Part shown: piece after piece, positions 27,775-35,754 of the stretch
Layout of the letters: each line of letters opens with the position of its first letter
Numbering within the stretch: the first letter of the stretch is position 1
Source: Clostridia bacterium
GTDB lineage: Bacteria; Bacillota; Clostridia; Oscillospirales; Acutalibacteraceae
Length of the DNA stretch: 64,000 nt
Direction of reading: 5' to 3'
NCBI GenBank assembly: GCA_017379935.1
Contig: JAFNVC010000025.1
Location: 44,217 to 108,216, forward strand
The notes under the pieces: generated by a model
Database searches by the model: none
Told to the model about the DNA's origin: nothing
Seen by the model: the letters and a program-made list of their open reading frames with translations, nothing else
Translations under genes and position numbers: made by a program

Positions 27775-28152
27775 TTATTCAGCAGCCGCAGTAGTTGTAG
27801 TTGATGTTGCTGCTGTTGTAGTCGTTGTAGTTGTAGTTGAAGCCTCTGTTGTTGTAGTTGTTCTGTTCTCGGCAACGGTGCGAAGAGCATCGATACCGTT
27901 AGTAAGACCAAAGTCAACAAGGAAAACTGCAATACCGATTACAGCGATACAAGCGATTGTGATAGCTGTTCCCTTGAGAACATCCTTTGCGCCGGGCCAA
28001 GTGATTTTCTTGACTTCGCCCTTGAGATCCTTGAAGAAGCGTGCGATTACCTTGAAGATATTCTTCTTATTCTTCTTCGGCTTATTAGCTGTCTTATCCT
28101 TTTCAGCCTTGGCAATCTTCTTTGCTGCTTCTGAACTTTCTTTGTTAGCCAT
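27775..28152 (-). CDS. secE: preprotein translocase subunit SecE with Lys-rich N-terminal extension and Thr-rich C-terminal tail
   Basis: 125 aa. Core 'FFKDLKGEVKKITWPGAKDVLKGTAITIACIAVIGIAVFLVDFG' (SecE motif plus a single TM). Lies between rpmG and nusG as usual. The tail reads 'NRTTTTTEASTTTTTTTTAATSTTTTAAAE'. Confidence 0.85.
   Translation of the reverse strand: MANKESSEAAKKIAKAEKDKTANKPKKNKKNIFKVIARFFKDLKGEVKKITWPGAKDVLKGTAITIACIAVIGIAVFLVDFGLTNGIDALRTVAENRTTTTTEASTTTTTTTTAATSTTTTAAAE
27785..27865 (-). repeat. low-complexity Thr/Ala-codon tract (GTTGTAGTT-like units) encoding the SecE tail
   Basis: The plus strand reads gcagtagttgtagttgatgttgctgctgttgtagtcgttgtagttgtagttga...gttgttgtagttgtt. 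Confidence 0.7.
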
Positions 28153-28171
28153 AGCAGTTAATCCTCCCAGC

Positions 28172-28321
28172 TTACTTCGTCTCTTTGTGGAGAGTATGCT
28201 TCTTGCAGAATCTGCAGTACTTGTTCATCTCCAACCTGTCGGGTGAGTTCTTCTTGTTCTTCATTGTGTCATAATTGCGCTGTTTGCATTCTGTGCATGC
28301 GAGTGTAATTTTAACTCTCAT
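28172..28321 (-). CDS. rpmG: 50S ribosomal protein L33 (Cys4 zinc-ribbon type); absent from the ORF track (<60 aa)
   Basis: Manual translation: [59 protein letters not shown] lies 8 nt upstream. The gene sits directly upstream of secE. Confidence 0.92.
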   Translation of the reverse strand: MRVKITLACTECKQRNYDTMKNKKNSPDRLEMNKYCRFCKKHTLHKETK

Positions 28322-28444
28322 TCTTTCGGCACCTCCATTTAACCGGTAAATCCGGAATTATAAGCCTCCCTCGTAACGGAACAAACACCCTGTAAGTTCC
28401 TAAAAGAGGGCACAAAAAAAGAACCCTCTACAAGAGGTAGAGAT

Positions 28445-28473
28445 ATTCTAGCAGATATATCAAGTTTTGTCAA
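28445..28473 (-). promoter_or_regulatory. SigA-type promoter of rpmG-secE-nusG (TTGACA-17-TAGAAT)
   Basis: Minus strand: -35 at 28468-28473, 17-nt spacer, -10 at 28445-28450. Confidence 0.6.
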
Positions 28474-28577
28474 GCGTTTTTGTGCAATATTTTCAAAAAG
28501 AGCCTTGATTTTACGGGCTTTCGCGATTTTCGCAAGCAGTAGTGGAAGCATTGCTCTTTTGCCACAAAATGTACGAA

Positions 28578-28606
28578 TTGACTTTAGCGTTATGATTTGA
28601 TAAAAT
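28578..28606 (+). promoter_or_regulatory. SigA-type promoter of the FAD-protein gene (TTGACT-17-TAAAAT)
   Basis: -35 at 28578-28583, -10 at 28601-28606. The track start at 28597 lies inside the promoter. Confidence 0.55.
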
Positions 28607-28644
28607 ACTCCGTGACAAAAAATATTTTGCGTGGCGATAAATTT

Positions 28645-30246
28645 ATGATAAGAATTAACGAAATCAAGCTCCCGCTCGAGGGTACACCTGAGGATCTGCT
28701 CGCGGCTGCTGCAAAGGCACTCCGTATCCCCAAGAGAAGGATAACCTCACTCGACGTTGCGAAAAAATCACTCGACTCGAGAAAGAAGGATAATCTCTTA
28801 TTCGTTTTCAGCGTCGATGTAACCGTCGACGGCGACGATGCGGAGATCCTCGAAAAAAGCAAGTGCAAAAAAGCACAGCTCACTGAGCCCTTTTATTATA
28901 GTATACCTGAAAACAAGAGAAAAAGCAACCTCCGACCGATTGTCGCAGGCTTCGGACCGGGCGGTATCTGGGCGGCACTCACGCTCGCACGCGCAGGACT
29001 TCGTCCGATTGTTCTCGAGCGCGGACGCGACGTTGACTCAAGAACGGCAGATGTCAACCGCTTCTGGCAGACAAAGGTCATTGACGAGACCTCGAACGTT
29101 CAGTTCGGCGAGGGCGGTGCAGGCACATTCTCGGACGGCAAGCTGACAACAGGCATCAAGGACAAGCTTTGCAGAAAGGTTTTTCTTGATTTCGTCGAAT
29201 TCGGCGCACCTGAGGAAATACTTTACTCGTGGAGACCGCACATCGGTACGGACAAGCTCGGCCAGGTTGTTAAAAATATGCGTGAGGAAATTAAGCGTCT
29301 CGGCGGCGATGTGCTTTTCTCGTGCAGGCTGACAGATATCATCATCGCGAACGGCGTTGTTCACGGCGTGACATATATAAATGAAAAGGGCGAGACTATC
29401 GACCTTGAGACGGACAGCGTTATCCTTGCCGTCGGCCATTCCGCAAAGGACACCGTCGAGATGTTATATAATAAAGGTATAGACCTTATGCAGAAGCCGT
29501 TTTCCGTCGGTGCAAGAATCGAGCATCCCAGAACGATGATTGACCGCGCACAGTACGGCGATTTTGCAGGACACCCCGCACTCGGTGCAGCAGACTACAA
29601 GCTCGCGTGCCATCCGCCCCACGGCAGAGGCGCGTACACCTTCTGTATGTGTCCCGGTGGTACGGTCGTTGCCGCGGCAAGTGAAAACGGCGGTGTTGTT
29701 GTTAACGGAATGAGCGACTTTGCGCGAAATAAGGAAAACTCAAACTGCGCACTCCTCGTCGGCGTTGAGCCCGAGGATTTCGGCAGCGAGCATCCGCTGG
29801 CAGGCTTTAAGCTCCAGCGTGAGATTGAGGAAAAGGCATTCCGTTGCGGCGGCGGAGATTTCACCGCACCCGCACAGCTTGTCGGCGACTTTTTGCAGGA
29901 TGTGAAATCGACACAGCTCGGAAGCGTCAACCCCTCCTGCCCGACAGGCGTTAAGATGGGTGACATCCGCGAGGTTCTCCCGAAGAAGGTGACGGACACC
30001 ATGGCGGACGCGATTGTAAAAATGGGCACACAGCTCAAGGGCTTTGACCTTCCCGATGCGGTGCTGACCGCACCCGAAACACGCTCCTCCTCCCCCGTCA
30101 GAGTTCTGCGTGATGAATTCTATCAGGCACTCAAGGTAAGGGGTCTCTATCCCTGCGGTGAGGGCGCAGGCTACGCAGGCGGAATCGTCTCCGCGGCAGT
30201 TGACGGCATCCGCTGTGCACATGCTGTGCTGAGTGATGAGTTTTAA
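28645..30246 (+). CDS. FAD-dependent oxidoreductase of the uncharacterised COG2509-like family
   Basis: 533 aa from the ATG at 28645. The 'MIRINEIKLPLEG' N-terminus is typical of this family. Rossmann 'VAGFGPGGIWAAL' and the C-terminal 'GEGAGYAGGIVSAAVDG'. Confidence 0.65.
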   Translation: MIRINEIKLPLEGTPEDLLAAAAKALRIPKRRITSLDVAKKSLDSRKKDNLLFVFSVDVTVDGDDAEILEKSKCKKAQLTEPFYYSIPENKRKSNLRPIVAGFGPGGIWAALTLARAGLRPIVLERGRDVDSRTADVNRFWQTKVIDETSNVQFGEGGAGTFSDGKLTTGIKDKLCRKVFLDFVEFGAPEEILYSWRPHIGTDKLGQVVKNMREEIKRLGGDVLFSCRLTDIIIANGVVHGVTYINEKGETIDLETDSVILAVGHSAKDTVEMLYNKGIDLMQKPFSVGARIEHPRTMIDRAQYGDFAGHPALGAADYKLACHPPHGRGAYTFCMCPGGTVVAAASENGGVVVNGMSDFARNKENSNCALLVGVEPEDFGSEHPLAGFKLQREIEEKAFRCGGGDFTAPAQLVGDFLQDVKSTQLGSVNPSCPTGVKMGDIREVLPKKVTDTMADAIVKMGTQLKGFDLPDAVLTAPETRSSSPVRVLRDEFYQALKVRGLYPCGEGAGYAGGIVSAAVDGIRCAHAVLSDEF

Positions 30247-30266
30247 TAATATATAATGTACAACAA

Positions 30267-30308
30267 AACGGACTGTCTCAGGCGAGATAGTCCGTTGTAT
30301 TTATTTTT
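30267..30308 (+). terminator. intrinsic terminator
   Basis: AACGGACTGTCTC-AGGC-GAGATAGTCCGTT followed by GTATTTATTTTT. Confidence 0.8.
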
Positions 30309-30364
30309 CAGCAAAGCCCTTATATACTTGTATAAATGTATATCCTGTTTTTAAACGGCGGCAC

Positions 30365-30393
30365 TTGAAAATTCCGTCAAAACATAGTAAAAT
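30365..30393 (+). promoter_or_regulatory. SigA-type promoter of the radical-SAM pair (TTGAAA-17-TAAAAT)
   Basis: -35 at 30365-30370, -10 at 30388-30393. Confidence 0.55.
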
Positions 30394-30425
30394 ATTTTTA
30401 TTATTTAATCAGCGAGGATTTAACT

Positions 30426-32276
30426 ATGCTTTCGGAAAAAATTCAGAAAATTTTGCTTGAGGTGCAGAAGCCCGGACGTTACGTCGGCGGCGAGCTCAAC
30501 AGCGTTATCAAGGATAAGGACAGCGTAGCGGTACGCTATGCCTTCTGCTTCCCCGATACCTACGAGATCGGTATGTCGCACCTCGGAATGAAAATACTTT
30601 ACTCCGTTGTCAACGACCGTGACGATGCGTGGTGCGAGCGAGTTTTCGCGCCCGATAACGATATGGAAGAAAAGATGCGAGAGCAGGGCATCCCCCTCTG
30701 GGCACTCGAAAGCGGAGACAGCATTAAAGACTTCGACCTTATCGGCTTTACCCTGCAGTATGAGCTGAGCTTTTCAAATGTTCTTAATATGCTCGACCTT
30801 GCAGGCGTTCCCCTTTATTCAAAGGACAGACCCGACCTTTCTCCGATCGTTGTCGCGGGCGGTCCGTGCGCGTGTAACGCGGAGCCGATGGCTGATTTTA
30901 TTGATATCTTTATGCTCGGCGACGGTGAAGAGACAACTGACCTTCTCATTTCTCTTATCAAAAAGCACAAGGAGCTCGGCTCATCGAAGCTCGATTTCCT
31001 TCGCGAGGTTGCACAGCACAAGGGCTTTTACATTCCTGCCTTCTACGACGTTGAATACAACGAAGACAATACAATCCGGAGCGTGACCGCAAAGGAAACT
31101 GCTCCCGCAAAGGCGGAAAAGGCTATCGTTTCGGATATGGACAAGGCAGTTTATCCCGAAAAATTCATCGTACCCTCAATCGAGGTTGTTCACGACAGAG
31201 TTACGGCGGAAATCTTCCGCGGCTGTATCCGCGGCTGCCGCTTCTGTCAGGCAGGCTTCCTTTACAGGCCTATCCGCGAAAAATCTCCCGAGGTGGTCGA
31301 AGAGCAGTGCAAAAAGCTCTGTGAGACATCGGGCTATGACGAAATCTCTCTCTGCTCCTTAAGCACAAGCGACTATACGGGACTTCAGCCCCTTCTCAAC
31401 TCGATGCTTGACTGGACAACAAAGGAAAAAATCAACATCGCTCTCCCCTCTCTGCGCGTTGACAATTTCTCCGACGAGCTTATGGAAAAGCTAGCAGTTG
31501 TCCGCAGAAGCTCGCTGACCTTCGCCCCCGAGGCAGGTACACAGCGACTCCGCGACGCTATCAACAAGAACGTCACCGAAGAGGACGTTATGTCCACCGT
31601 TGATAAGGCATTTATGGGCGGCTGGACTGCGGTCAAGCTTTACTTTATGATCGGACTTCCGACAGAAACCCTCGACGATGTTGCAGGCATTGCACAGCTC
31701 GGCCAAAAGGTTGTTGACGAATTCTACCGTCTGCCCGACAGACCGAAGGGCAAGGGTGTTCAGGTCAGCATCAGCGCATCCTCCTTCGTGCCGAAGCCGT
31801 TCACTCCCTTCCAGTTCGAGCCGCAGGACACTCAGGAAATGCTTGCAGAGAAGCAGGAGCACCTGATGAACAGCGTTACGACAAAGAAAATCAAAATTTC
31901 TACCCATACAACACAGACGAGCTTTATGGAGGGTGTTCTCGCACGAGGCGACAGAAGACTTTCCAAGGTTATCGAGCTCGCGTGGAGAAAGGGCTGCAAA
32001 TTCGACAGCTGGGACGATCAGTTCAAATATGACAAGTGGATGGAGGCCTTCGAGGAGACGGGCATCGACCCCGCCTTCTATGCTAACCGCCGCCGTGACT
32101 ACGACGAAATCCTCCCGTGGGATCACCTCGATTACGGCATCAGCAAGTCCTTCCTTATAAACGAAAACAAAAAGGCTCACGAAAGTGTGACAACACCGCA
32201 CTGCAGAATCAAATGTGCAGGCTGCGGCTCAAACAAGCTCAACGGAGGTAAGTGTGATGCGCTCAGTAAGGCTTAA
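30426..32276 (+). CDS. radical SAM protein, TIGR03960-like (B12-binding-like N-domain), function unknown
   Basis: 616 aa. CxxxCxxC cluster in 'FRGCIRGCRFCQAG'. Size, N-terminus 'VQKPGRYVGGELN' and the DUF2344 partner downstream all match this conserved family. Confidence 0.75.
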   Translation: MLSEKIQKILLEVQKPGRYVGGELNSVIKDKDSVAVRYAFCFPDTYEIGMSHLGMKILYSVVNDRDDAWCERVFAPDNDMEEKMREQGIPLWALESGDSIKDFDLIGFTLQYELSFSNVLNMLDLAGVPLYSKDRPDLSPIVVAGGPCACNAEPMADFIDIFMLGDGEETTDLLISLIKKHKELGSSKLDFLREVAQHKGFYIPAFYDVEYNEDNTIRSVTAKETAPAKAEKAIVSDMDKAVYPEKFIVPSIEVVHDRVTAEIFRGCIRGCRFCQAGFLYRPIREKSPEVVEEQCKKLCETSGYDEISLCSLSTSDYTGLQPLLNSMLDWTTKEKINIALPSLRVDNFSDELMEKLAVVRRSSLTFAPEAGTQRLRDAINKNVTEEDVMSTVDKAFMGGWTAVKLYFMIGLPTETLDDVAGIAQLGQKVVDEFYRLPDRPKGKGVQVSISASSFVPKPFTPFQFEPQDTQEMLAEKQEHLMNSVTTKKIKISTHTTQTSFMEGVLARGDRRLSKVIELAWRKGCKFDSWDDQFKYDKWMEAFEETGIDPAFYANRRRDYDEILPWDHLDYGISKSFLINENKKAHESVTTPHCRIKCAGCGSNKLNGGKCDALSKA

Positions 32277-32931
32277 TTTTTCCAAGACAGGCAGAGCGAT
32301 TTACATCTCTCACCTTGACGTAAACAGAATGATGACACGTGCCGTGCGCCGTGCTCAGCTTCCGATGTGGTACACCGAGGGCTTCAACCCTCACCCGTAC
32401 ATCGCCTTTGCTCTGCCCCTCTCCCTCGGTCAGGAAAGCGACTGCGAATATATGGATATCCGCATCGAGGGCGATATGACAAATGCTGAAATTATGAAGC
32501 GTCTCAACTCCACTCTGCCCGAGGGCATAAAAATCCTTTCCGTCGGCTCTCCCGTACACGATGCGAAGGATATCGCCGCCGCGCAGTATTTCGTGAAGCT
32601 CGTTTTTGAAAACGAGGAGGAGGCTTCTCTCTTCTGTGAAAAGGCTGAGGAGCTGATGAATGCCGAGGAGCTTATCGCAGAAAAGCCGGGCAAGAAGGGG
32701 CACCGCAAGATCATGAAGCAGGTCAACCTTATCGAAATGATTTTCGACAAAAAAATCACCTGTGCAGGCAGCATTGTTAACCTTCAATGCTCTCTTGCGG
32801 CAGGAAATTCCACAAATCTCAACCCCACCCTGCTCGTGGAGACCATCGAAAATTGTGTAGGCATTCATCATAAGCAACAATATGTTGTGCGCAAAAAGCT
32901 CATCACAAAAAATAACGAAAATTTCCGCTGA
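32257..32931 (+). CDS. radical-SAM-associated DUF2344 (TIGR03936-like) protein
   Basis: 224 aa from the ATG at 32257 (RBS ACGGAGG). 'RLNFSKTGRAIYISHLDVNRMMTRAVRRA' is typical of the family. Overlaps the radical SAM gene by 20 nt. Confidence 0.7.
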   Translation: MRSVRLNFSKTGRAIYISHLDVNRMMTRAVRRAQLPMWYTEGFNPHPYIAFALPLSLGQESDCEYMDIRIEGDMTNAEIMKRLNSTLPEGIKILSVGSPVHDAKDIAAAQYFVKLVFENEEEASLFCEKAEELMNAEELIAEKPGKKGHRKIMKQVNLIEMIFDKKITCAGSIVNLQCSLAAGNSTNLNPTLLVETIENCVGIHHKQQYVVRKKLITKNNENFR

Positions 32932-32947
32932 TTTTTTCAAAAAAACC

Positions 32948-32976
32948 TTGCAATCCTCAATGGTTTGTGATAGTAT
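32948..32976 (+). promoter_or_regulatory. promoter of rplS (TTGCAA-17-TAGTAT with TG extension)
   Basis: -35 at 32948-32953, 17-nt spacer ending in gTGa, -10 at 32971-32976. Confidence 0.55.
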
Positions 32977-32982
32977 ATATGA

Positions 32983-33095
32983 GCATTTCTGACCACCACG
33001 GGATAAGTATGCCCTGTGGCGGGGTTTAATGCCCAACATTAAAGCGGACGGTCCTCTGAAGAGTAATCTTGTATGAACGCCTGAAATTCTATGGG
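32983..33095 (+). promoter_or_regulatory. structured rplS 5' leader (possible L19 autoregulatory leader)
   Basis: About 115-nt UTR with hairpins CCACCACGGG..CCCUGUGGCGG and UUUAAUG-CCCAA-CAUUAAA. The position matches the Firmicute L19 leader, but identity was not verified. Confidence 0.35.
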
Positions 33096-33106
33096 AGGTG
33101 TCTGTA

Positions 33107-33454
33107 ATGGACGCACTTAAGTTAATCGCACAGGACAGCCTCAAGTCTGAGGTATCCGAAGCAATCAAAGTCGGTAACACCATCAAAATCTGGGTTAAGA
33201 TCCGTGAAGGCGAGAGAGAAAGACTCCAGGCTTTCGAGGGTACTGTAATCGCTCGTAAGGGCAGCGGTGTTTCCGAGACCTTTACTGTTCGCCGTGTATC
33301 TTACGGTGTTGGTGTTGAGAGAGTCTTCCCGATTCACTCCCCCAACGTTGACAAGATCGAGCTTATCAGAACAGGTAAGGTACGCAGAAGCAAGCTCTAC
33401 TATCTGCGTGACAGAGTCGGTAAGGCAGCTAAGGTTAAGCAGCAGATCGGCTAA
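33107..33454 (+). CDS. rplS: 50S ribosomal protein L19
   Basis: 115 aa from the ATG at 33107 (GGGAGG 8 nt upstream; the GTG at 33098 overlaps the RBS). '[37 protein letters not shown]'. Confidence 0.95.
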   Translation: MDALKLIAQDSLKSEVSEAIKVGNTIKIWVKIREGERERLQAFEGTVIARKGSGVSETFTVRRVSYGVGVERVFPIHSPNVDKIELIRTGKVRRSKLYYLRDRVGKAAKVKQQIG

Positions 33455-33489
33455 TAAGCAAGAGCTGAGGGTACGCAACGTACCGTTGA

Positions 33490-33534
33490 GGGTATGGGAG
33501 GCTTACGGCTTCGCCATGCCCTTTTTCCTTTTTA
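33490..33534 (+). terminator. intrinsic terminator after rplS
   Basis: GGGTATGG...CCATGCCC stem followed by TTTTTCCTTTTT. Confidence 0.7.
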
Positions 33535-33568
33535 AAGGATTTTTAATTTTTTCACGGAGGTTGAGCTT

Positions 33569-34183
33569 ATGTTTTTAAGCAAGCGCCGCGTTCAGCTCGA
33601 ACGCACTCAATATCTTGCCGACGGTCTTACTCCCGAGCAGGCAAAAAAGAACAGGCTCAGATGGCTTCGTATTTTCGATCTTTGCAGCTCGGTTGCAACT
33701 GCAATTATTATAATATTTGTCGTGTTCACCTTCATCTGCCGTCCGACGAGCGTTGTCGGCGATTCGATGGTGCCCACTCTCCACAACGGCGACTGGCTCA
33801 TCACTATGCCGAAGGCTGAATACGTGTACGGTGACATTGTCGTCGTCACACAGCCGAACGTCCACAACGAGCCTCTCATCAAGAGAGTTATCGCAACCGA
33901 GGGACAGACGGTTGATATCAATTTCGCTTCCGGTCAGGTTTTTGTCAACGGAACAGAGCTCAACGAGCCCTACATCAACGATCTGACACACACCTCATCC
34001 GACGTAACCTTCCCGCTTATTGTTCCCAAGGGTCAGGTTTTCGTTATGGGTGATAACCGTAACCATTCCTCTGACAGCCGTTCAAGCGGCGTCGGCTTTA
34101 TCGATACAAGATATATCCTCGGCAAGGCACAGCTGAGAATCCTCCCCTTCGGCGAATTTGACATTTACGAAAACTTCAACTAA
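33569..34183 (+). CDS. lepB: signal peptidase I
   Basis: 204 aa with an N-terminal TM, 'GDSMVPTL' (Ser nucleophile), 'KRVIATEGQTV' (Lys) and 'GDNRNHSSDSR'. Confidence 0.92.
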   Translation: MFLSKRRVQLERTQYLADGLTPEQAKKNRLRWLRIFDLCSSVATAIIIIFVVFTFICRPTSVVGDSMVPTLHNGDWLITMPKAEYVYGDIVVVTQPNVHNEPLIKRVIATEGQTVDINFASGQVFVNGTELNEPYINDLTHTSSDVTFPLIVPKGQVFVMGDNRNHSSDSRSSGVGFIDTRYILGKAQLRILPFGEFDIYENFN

Positions 34184-34194
34184 GGTGAATTGAA

Positions 34195-34743
34195 ATGGAA
34201 AACAACGAGACAAAAAAAGAAAAGTACGGGTTAATAAACCTGGTTTTTGATGTTGTTTCAATTTTTGTTACAGCTCTTGTGTTCATTTCGATTCTTTTCA
34301 CCTTCATCATCCGCTTTGTCGGTGTTGACGGAGATTCAATGGAGCCCACGCTTCAGGATAACGACTGGCTTATAGTTTCCTCGGTCAATCCCGAAATCGA
34401 ACACGGCGATATCATCATCAGCACTCAGCCCAACGCCTTCAACGAGCCTCTCGTCAAGAGAGTTATCGCAACCGGCGGACAGACGGTTGACATTGATTTT
34501 GCCAAGGGCGAGGTTTACGTTGACGGTCAGCTTCTTGACGAGCCGTATATCGCCGAGCCCACACACACGACAGAGGGTGTCAGCTTCCCGATTCTTGTGC
34601 CCGAAGGCAAGCTTTTCGTTATGGGCGATAACCGTAACGAGTCCTCGGACAGCCGTTCACCAATGGTTGGCTGCGTGGACGAAAGATATGTTCTCGGCGT
34701 TGTCAAATACCGTGTTGCGCCCGATTTCACAAAAATAGACTGA
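34195..34743 (+). CDS. lepB: signal peptidase I (tandem paralog)
   Basis: 182 aa with 'GDSMEPTL', 'KRVIATGGQTV', 'GDNRNESSDSR'. Collinear with the upstream paralog. Confidence 0.92.
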   Translation: MENNETKKEKYGLINLVFDVVSIFVTALVFISILFTFIIRFVGVDGDSMEPTLQDNDWLIVSSVNPEIEHGDIIISTQPNAFNEPLVKRVIATGGQTVDIDFAKGEVYVDGQLLDEPYIAEPTHTTEGVSFPILVPEGKLFVMGDNRNESSDSRSPMVGCVDERYVLGVVKYRVAPDFTKID

Positions 34744-34793
34744 TCAATGGGGCTGCTCATCAGCCTCATTTTGCTTTATACAGGAGAAAAATT

Positions 34794-35663
34794 ATGAGTG
34801 ATACACAAAAACAGGTTGTTCAGTGGTTTCCCGGCCATATGGCAAAAACCCGCAGACTTATCAAGGAAAGTCTTTCGAGAGTTGACTGTGTGACGGAAAT
34901 TCTCGATGCAAGAATACCTCTCGCAAGCCGTAACCCCGAAATCGAGGAGATCACGGCATCGAAGCCGCGCATCATTCTGCTCAACAAATGTGATATGGCG
35001 GACGAGAAGGTCACCGCCGACTGGATAAGATATTTCAAGGCTCAGGGCTTTGAGGCTCTCGCGGTCGACTGCCGTACGGGTAAGGGGCTGAACGGCTACC
35101 ACGCTCTCGTGCGCAAGGTGCTTGCAGATAAAATCGAAGCCAACAATGCGCGCGGTATGGTCGGTAAGAGCCTGCGCGTTATGGTTATCGGCATTCCGAA
35201 TACGGGAAAATCATCCTTCATCAACAAAATGGCAGGCAGGGTCCGTGCAAAGGTTGCCGACAAGCCCGGCGTTACGACGAGCAATCAGTGGTTTTTTATC
35301 GGCAACGGCATCGAGCTTCTTGACACTCCCGGCGTTCTCTGGCCGAAATTCGACGATCCCCTCGTCGGCGACAGACTCGCCTTCATCGGCTCAATCAAGG
35401 ATGCTGTCCTCGACATTGAGACAATGGCAGTGCGCCTTATCGACGTTCTGCGCGAGGGATATCCCGACAGACTTGCGGAGCGATATAAGATCTCCGGCTT
35501 TGAGGATCTGCAGTCATGGGAGATTCTTGAGCTTATCGGCAGAAAAAGAGGAATGCTCATCAGCGGCGGCGAGGTCAACACGGAGAGAGCCTCCGTTATG
35601 CTTCTTGACGAATACCGCGGAGGCAAGCTCGGCAGAATTTCGATGGAATTCCCCGAATTTTAA
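34794..35663 (+). CDS. rbgA: ribosome biogenesis GTPase A (YlqF/RbgA)
   Basis: 289 aa. 'WFPGHMAKT'. Circularly permuted G motifs, with 'LLNKCDM' before 'GIPNTGKSSFIN'. Confidence 0.92.
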   Translation: MSDTQKQVVQWFPGHMAKTRRLIKESLSRVDCVTEILDARIPLASRNPEIEEITASKPRIILLNKCDMADEKVTADWIRYFKAQGFEALAVDCRTGKGLNGYHALVRKVLADKIEANNARGMVGKSLRVMVIGIPNTGKSSFINKMAGRVRAKVADKPGVTTSNQWFFIGNGIELLDTPGVLWPKFDDPLVGDRLAFIGSIKDAVLDIETMAVRLIDVLREGYPDRLAERYKISGFEDLQSWEILELIGRKRGMLISGGEVNTERASVMLLDEYRGGKLGRISMEFPEF

Positions 35664-35754
35664 ATTTATTTTTGATTAGTTCATAAATTAGACAAAATAA
35701 GACTTATAATAGTAAGTGTAAGCTTGACTAAAAACTTATCAGGAGGGAAAGATT

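Noticed and set aside
28339-28551. 70-aa minus-strand ORF upstream of rpmG
   Set aside because: It spans the rpmG-secE-nusG promoter and leader hairpins and has no SD. The real small gene in this region is rpmG (28172-28321), which the track misses.
30426-32276. Radical SAM protein as the missing anaerobic sulfatase-maturating enzyme for the sulfatase at 54105-55511
   Set aside because: It is 22 kb away. At 616 aa it is far larger than anSMEs (about 370-400 aa). It is paired with a DUF2344 protein, which is diagnostic of a different conserved family.
32263-33186. 307-aa minus-strand ORF
   Set aside because: It is antisense to the DUF2344 gene and runs through the rplS promoter, leader and start codon. 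It has no RBS, so it is a shadow ORF. The same reasoning applies to 31491..32201 (-), 11604..12263 (+), 1018..1638 (-), 53468..54097 (+), 36526..37173 (-) and 51618..52172 (-).
35664-35754. Promoter for the response-regulator operon
   Set aside because: A TATAAT-like hexamer is present (TTATAAT near 35714). I found no -35 at acceptable spacing, so it is not reported as a feature.
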